Assembly: GCA_910592345.1 (NCBI GenBank) | Contig: CAJVPI010000247.1 | Coordinates: 1 to 39,390 of the forward strand | Reading direction: 5' to 3' | DNA length: 39,390 nucleotides | Source of the DNA: Paraglomus brasilianum | Lineage: Eukaryota | Shown: one piece after another, positions 35,140 to 39,390 of the stretch | Position numbering within the stretch: the first letter of the stretch is position 1 | How the letters are laid out: every line of letters begins with the position of its first letter | Notes under the pieces: generated by a model | Databases searched by the model: none | What the model was told of the DNA's origin: nothing | The model's input: the letters and a program-made list of their open reading frames with translations, nothing else | Position numbers and translations under genes: made by a program

Positions 35140-37065
35140 TATAGGATCACCTGTATATGGAAATTTATAATTACAATAGTTCCATCGAATATGAAAAAGC
35201 AATGCGTTTCTTGGAGACAGGTTGCAAATTTGGTTGCTCAAAAATGAAAAAATTTTGCACGTCCACGACAAACAGCGACAGCAGAGTAATCAACTCCTGA
35301 GTTACGTGAAGCGTCTCAAGATCCAAACAATATATATTTTAATGGCCCAACTGAAAACAATGAATGGTGGAGAGATAACTGCCAGCCGACGTCTTAAAAA
35401 GAAAACGCGTACTAATAAGAGAACTTTTTGTTATTGAGATCGCAATGTCAGAAAACGTATCTCAATATGTTAGAAATTGGCCGCACTCATTTGGAAATCA
35501 CCTAGCGACGAATGGTATAATACCGCGTGTTCATGGTAACATAAAGCGAGTGCCGCGATGAAAGACTAAAATAACCATTGATACAACTGTTGTTACGGCC
35601 GCGAATCGAGAATTACGCTGAATCCATGAACCACCAAGTCCCGATAGAAATGTCAATTGTATTACTCAAACGCTTACACTTTTACCAGCCAAAACGAGTT
35701 ATAAATCGGTCTATCGTGCTTTTATTGCAGGTCTTGAAATCGATAGCACGTTGAAATCGTTAAAATATTATACGTCCCGCAAGGTATGGCACCAATTAAC
35801 GCCTTATATTATGAGTCCAAGAAATTATTACGTCAAAAATACGAAATTAGCAGAAAATTGGTACAGTTGTCTCAAAAAAATAATGATGATGGTTTGCGAA
35901 TAAAAAAACGCGTTTGTTTACAAAAAAAAATTAATTATTTATGATTATTAACCTTCTGTTGAGCGCGTTTGTATCAGCAAGTTTGCTTTACTTCGTTTAC
36001 TAATTTTTTCCAAATTTTTTTTGATTATTGCCCGTTTCTATAGGGAAATAATTTAAAAGTTTGTCTTTGTAGAACTTTATGACATGGTTAAGTCCAAATT
36101 TGAAACTCAGCGACAAACTATTGGCAAAATGGCATTTGTTTAGCAAAAGAAATACACAAAAAAACTGACATTTCTTTACGTATAGTTGAGAATAATCTTC
36201 GCAAGCTCAAAAAGAATGCAAATCCATTGAACGCAAGAAGGGTAGTGGACGTCCACCAAAATTACCCAAAGCTTGTCACGTTCTATTGGGCAAGCTGTTC
36301 GCTATAACAGTGCCATTTTGACTCGTCAGCTTGCTTCAAGAAACATGTAATAATATTGCATTAGTTTCACATAATACTATCTGGCGACATGCGAAGAAAA
36401 GACTATACTCCTTGGACTCCAATGCTGTCTGATAAGCAAGAATGATGTGGGCACAAGCTCACATGAATGATGATTGACAACATACAATAGTTACGGATGA
36501 AACGGTTTTCGTAACAAAATCCGTAGATGGCATAAACATGGAGGAAGACCGATCTGTAAATCCTTCAAGAAACAGTACAAAATATTATTTTGTCTATGAA
36601 ACGGAGATGTGAACTAATTTTACAACACAACGGCAATAAAATTACATATTGAAATTTTTTTCATTAATCAAGCAGCTCATAACCTTTCAAATGAGCATAA
36701 ATTTATCTAGTTATGTTGTATAATTGTGGAAACCCAAATTTTTTTGTTACCACCATTTTTTTTGAGACACACTATGTATAACAGGAGGTAAAGCCGATTA
36801 TTGTAGCGTTGATGTTACAGTTACGATTGAGCGCAACCGTCCACGTTCCCCATTCCGATCAACAGGTAAGTAAAATTTATTATCTTGGTCCACGTAAAGT
36901 GCATTTATTTGGTATACAAGTGAAGCAGTACGCGAACAAATTAATTACGTTCTCGATGAAGACGAAATTATAGGGATGGTACATTGAGTAGAAATTGAAT
37001 AAAGGCGAAAAACATCTAAAGACTACTTGTGACAATGCGGGTGGACAGAATAAAAATTAATAACT
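35140..37065 (+). pseudogene. Decayed Sola1-like (DUF7869-type) transposase, copy 2, interrupted by a Tc1 element
   Basis: Collinear with the reverse complement of 16600-17790 (MENYNYN..EYEKAMRFLE, MAQLK.MNGGEIT.SRRLKKKTR.NKRTF, LTLLPA.TSYKSVYR, YD*AQ, INYVLDED, CDNAGGQNKN) with many indels. Confidence 0.8.
35864..36774 (+). mobile_element. Decayed Tc1/IS630-type DNA transposon nested in Sola copy 2
   Basis: TA-CAGTTGTCTCAAAAAAATAATG at left versus CACCATTTTTTTTGAGACACACT at right (TIRs); internal fragments ERKKGSGRPPK, WAQAHMNDD, TDET; Sola homology stops and resumes at the two ends. Confidence 0.8.
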
Positions 37066-37275
37066 ATCGCGAGGAACTTTTATTCACAACGAGATGCTCG
37101 CTAAAGCTCAGTTTAAGCTGGTTTTATCTAAGGAAGAGAATAAAAGCTGTATTGGGAGATATCTATATTAATGAGTGACTGTATTTCTATTGGGAGCGGA
37201 GTAAGTCACATGGTAAAATCTTCTTGCAGATCGGGTGACAGATGATTGTTTTATATAGCGGCAACCTAATATTAT

Positions 37276-37431
37276 CGGGAATTTACCTGCCATGTCACAC
37301 AACCTGCCAGGTCGCGCAAGCTCAAATATCATCCTTTCATTGGACACTCAGATGGCTTCTCCTCCATAAATAGAAATATTATGGACTGTACGACGTGTCG
37401 GGTTGTGCGACCTGGAAGGTAAATTCCTCCG
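37276..37431. mobile_element. 156-bp MITE with ~40-bp TIRs and ATTAT flanks
   Basis: CGGGAATTTACCTGCCATGTCACACAACCTGCCAGGTCG versus CGACGTGTCGGGTTGTGCGACCTGGAAGGTAAATTCCTCCG; ATTAT at 37271-37275 and 37432-37436. Confidence 0.7.
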
Positions 37432-39065
37432 ATTATCAACCTAATACATATGACTATAAATCAATCATTTGCTATCGAAAAATTGCTACTCGTTTGACTG
37501 CGCGCGAACCTCTCTTAGCCTGATATCTCAATTGATAATCGCATACACCAAAGTTGTGAATCGATGAATGACATTGTAACTTTGGCAATGTTTGTATGCT
37601 AGCGAAGTTGGATTGGAAAAATACGAATGCAACTTTTTGTAGCCTTGATGAATAATTCCGACCAAAACGTTGCTTCAGGTAATGCTAAAGGCTACTACGT
37701 AGAAGTGATGAGTTTGGAGACTCTGAATAAATTGCTTCGGACGTCAGGACACTTACTTTATGGATGATTAGAGCGATCATCACGTCGTACATTGCGGTAA
37801 TTCTTGCGTCGAGTTTTTATGAATTTGTCTTGGTTATTTGTTCTTTTGCTAATTCTCTTCTTCTTTTCCTATAAATTTAAAGCACAAGAATTTGCTTTAT
37901 AAAGACAGAACACGCCATTCGAAATTGTGTGTGTTGCTTCTAGTCACATGGAGGGTTCGGGAGGCATAACCGGGGAAGTCGCTCAAGTGTCGAAAGTAGG
38001 AGTACGTTCGACGATGTGCATCAAGTGCAAAGACGTCGGGACCTGTTTGCGTCGCCTTTCCTTGCCTTCAGCTAATATGTATAGATCTTCTTACCCGAAT
38101 GCTTAAAGCAATGCATCAATAAAATACAATTGATCTATCTATTTGGGCAACGGATGGGTGATTTGAATACTAGTATTAGTCTTACAGCCGTTACTATGGA
38201 ATGTATCCGACTTTATTCAGACGAAAAAAGCAGATTGCAGGTGGACCACGAGCGGATGATGATATGCTAAAGAATGCTTCTTCGATCCGAGATATTATTG
38301 TTGCAATTAGCTAGTATATGCTCAGACAGGTTGGGAATGGAGTGGTTGATATGAACAGAGCAGTTATTGATAGCAAGTTGGTTGGATACCGTTAAAATTG
38401 CATCGTTACGCGTCAAGGCTATGCAGCAATATCATGAAAAGAGTTGGCGATAGATCTTCGAGGGATATGAGTGGATTGACTCGCGCAGTGGAACGAACTA
38501 AGGTTTTAGTTCTTCAATCGGAAGATTTCGAGTGGGCTCTGCTTTTATCGCATCGATCAAAGTATTATCTAATGTCCAAATGAAAGCAATCACGATGAAG
38601 AGTCGAACAGGATAATCTTGCATCTTGCATGGGTCATTTTGGGAAAGAATCGGTTTGAATATGAAAATAATGTTAGGAAATACGCATCATCCGGCCGGTG
38701 CTGAATTGGACAATGAAGCTTCATCGTCCAGCGAACAGAGCTCGAATGTAGCTACGCATTTTTATCTAGGAACAAACTCATTACTAGTTTTATTAACTTT
38801 AAATAATATACTCACCCGGAAAAGGCAGCTAAGTTAATAGTAACGTCACGATTTTATTTCAGTATCGACTCATATTGACATACGTGGAAGCAAATAATAT
38901 TTAATTTATTTAATTGGAAGAGGAGCAAACCCTTAAATAAAATGTAAATAACCGCGAATTACAAGTTTATTCGAAAGAGTGATAATAAGCAATGGACGAT
39001 GTTAATCTTGTAGATTGTATATGAACAGAACCAATTGTTGTCTTCGTAACCAGCACTAAATTCCC

Positions 39066-39389
39066 TCACTCCTCGTCAACCTCCCCTAACGCTACCTCTA
39101 AACTTGACAAGCTGAAATCTGATAAGGGAGGTAACTGATAAGAACTATTTCTTGGTTTAGGCAGATTTCCAGTAGGTAAGAGCGTGCTAGAATATTTACT
39201 CTCCTTCTCGAGACGTGATAACGGTTTTACATCATTATAATAAACGGCATTCCACGTGGTGTCATCCTTGTCCATCTCTTTAATAAGCTTGTCAATATTC
39301 TTCCAAAGTGTCAGTGCATCTGGACGCTTATCAGGATCAGCATCACAACACCGCTCGGCAAGTTTCTTGTATTCCTCTGGTGCGGAATC
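39066..39389 (-). CDS. C-terminal part of a tyrosine-kinase-like protein kinase (5' portion outside window)
   Basis: Open frame from the window edge: DSAPEEYKKLAERCCDADPDKRPDA (subdomain XI) followed by tail SRLEKESKYSSTLLPTGNLPKPRNS, typical of expanded TKL kinases in these fungi. Confidence 0.8.
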   Translation of the reverse strand, partial: DSAPEEYKKLAERCCDADPDKRPDALTLWKNIDKLIKEMDKDDTTWNAVYYNDVKPLSRLEKESKYSSTLLPTGNLPKPRNSSYQLPPLSDFSLSSLEVALGEVDEE

Positions 39390-39390
39390 A

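Noticed and set aside
37500..38840. Possible decayed gene (GWIPLKLHRYA and neighbouring short ORFs)
   Set aside because: Coding-like composition but fragments cannot be assigned to a family by eye.

Overview
Intron-rich eukaryotic nuclear DNA, most consistent with a Mucoromycota fungus (short GT-AG introns, fungal CSL gene, Glomeromycota/Endogonales-style TKL kinase tail and Crinkler relic). Spliced host genes reconstructed by hand: a Pro/Gln-rich type II membrane protein with a 6-Cys tail, SDS22, a polyQ CSL (Cbf11/12-like) transcription factor that appears to lack the RHR-C domain, an Sfr1/Mei5 homolog with an apparent N-terminal winged-helix, a triple-SH3 CIN85/CD2AP-like adaptor head-to-head with a Ulp1/C48 protease, the convergent ribosome-biogenesis pair SOF1 and FYV7-like, and the 3' end of a kinase. 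Between them lie mobile-element relics: a pogo-type deletion derivative with TA TSD, two decayed Sola1-like (DUF7869-type) transposases (one interrupted by a Tc1 element), a CpG-hypermutated Crinkler REase pseudogene, LTR-like relics and MITEs. The least explained stretch is 27.2-29.2 kb: a foldback inverted repeat followed by a ~498-bp-period tandem array whose ~340-bp core is nearly identical between copies, is internally duplicated and ends in a UUCG hairpin plus T-tract, while the spacers have diverged. All assignments come from motif recognition by eye; no searches were run.
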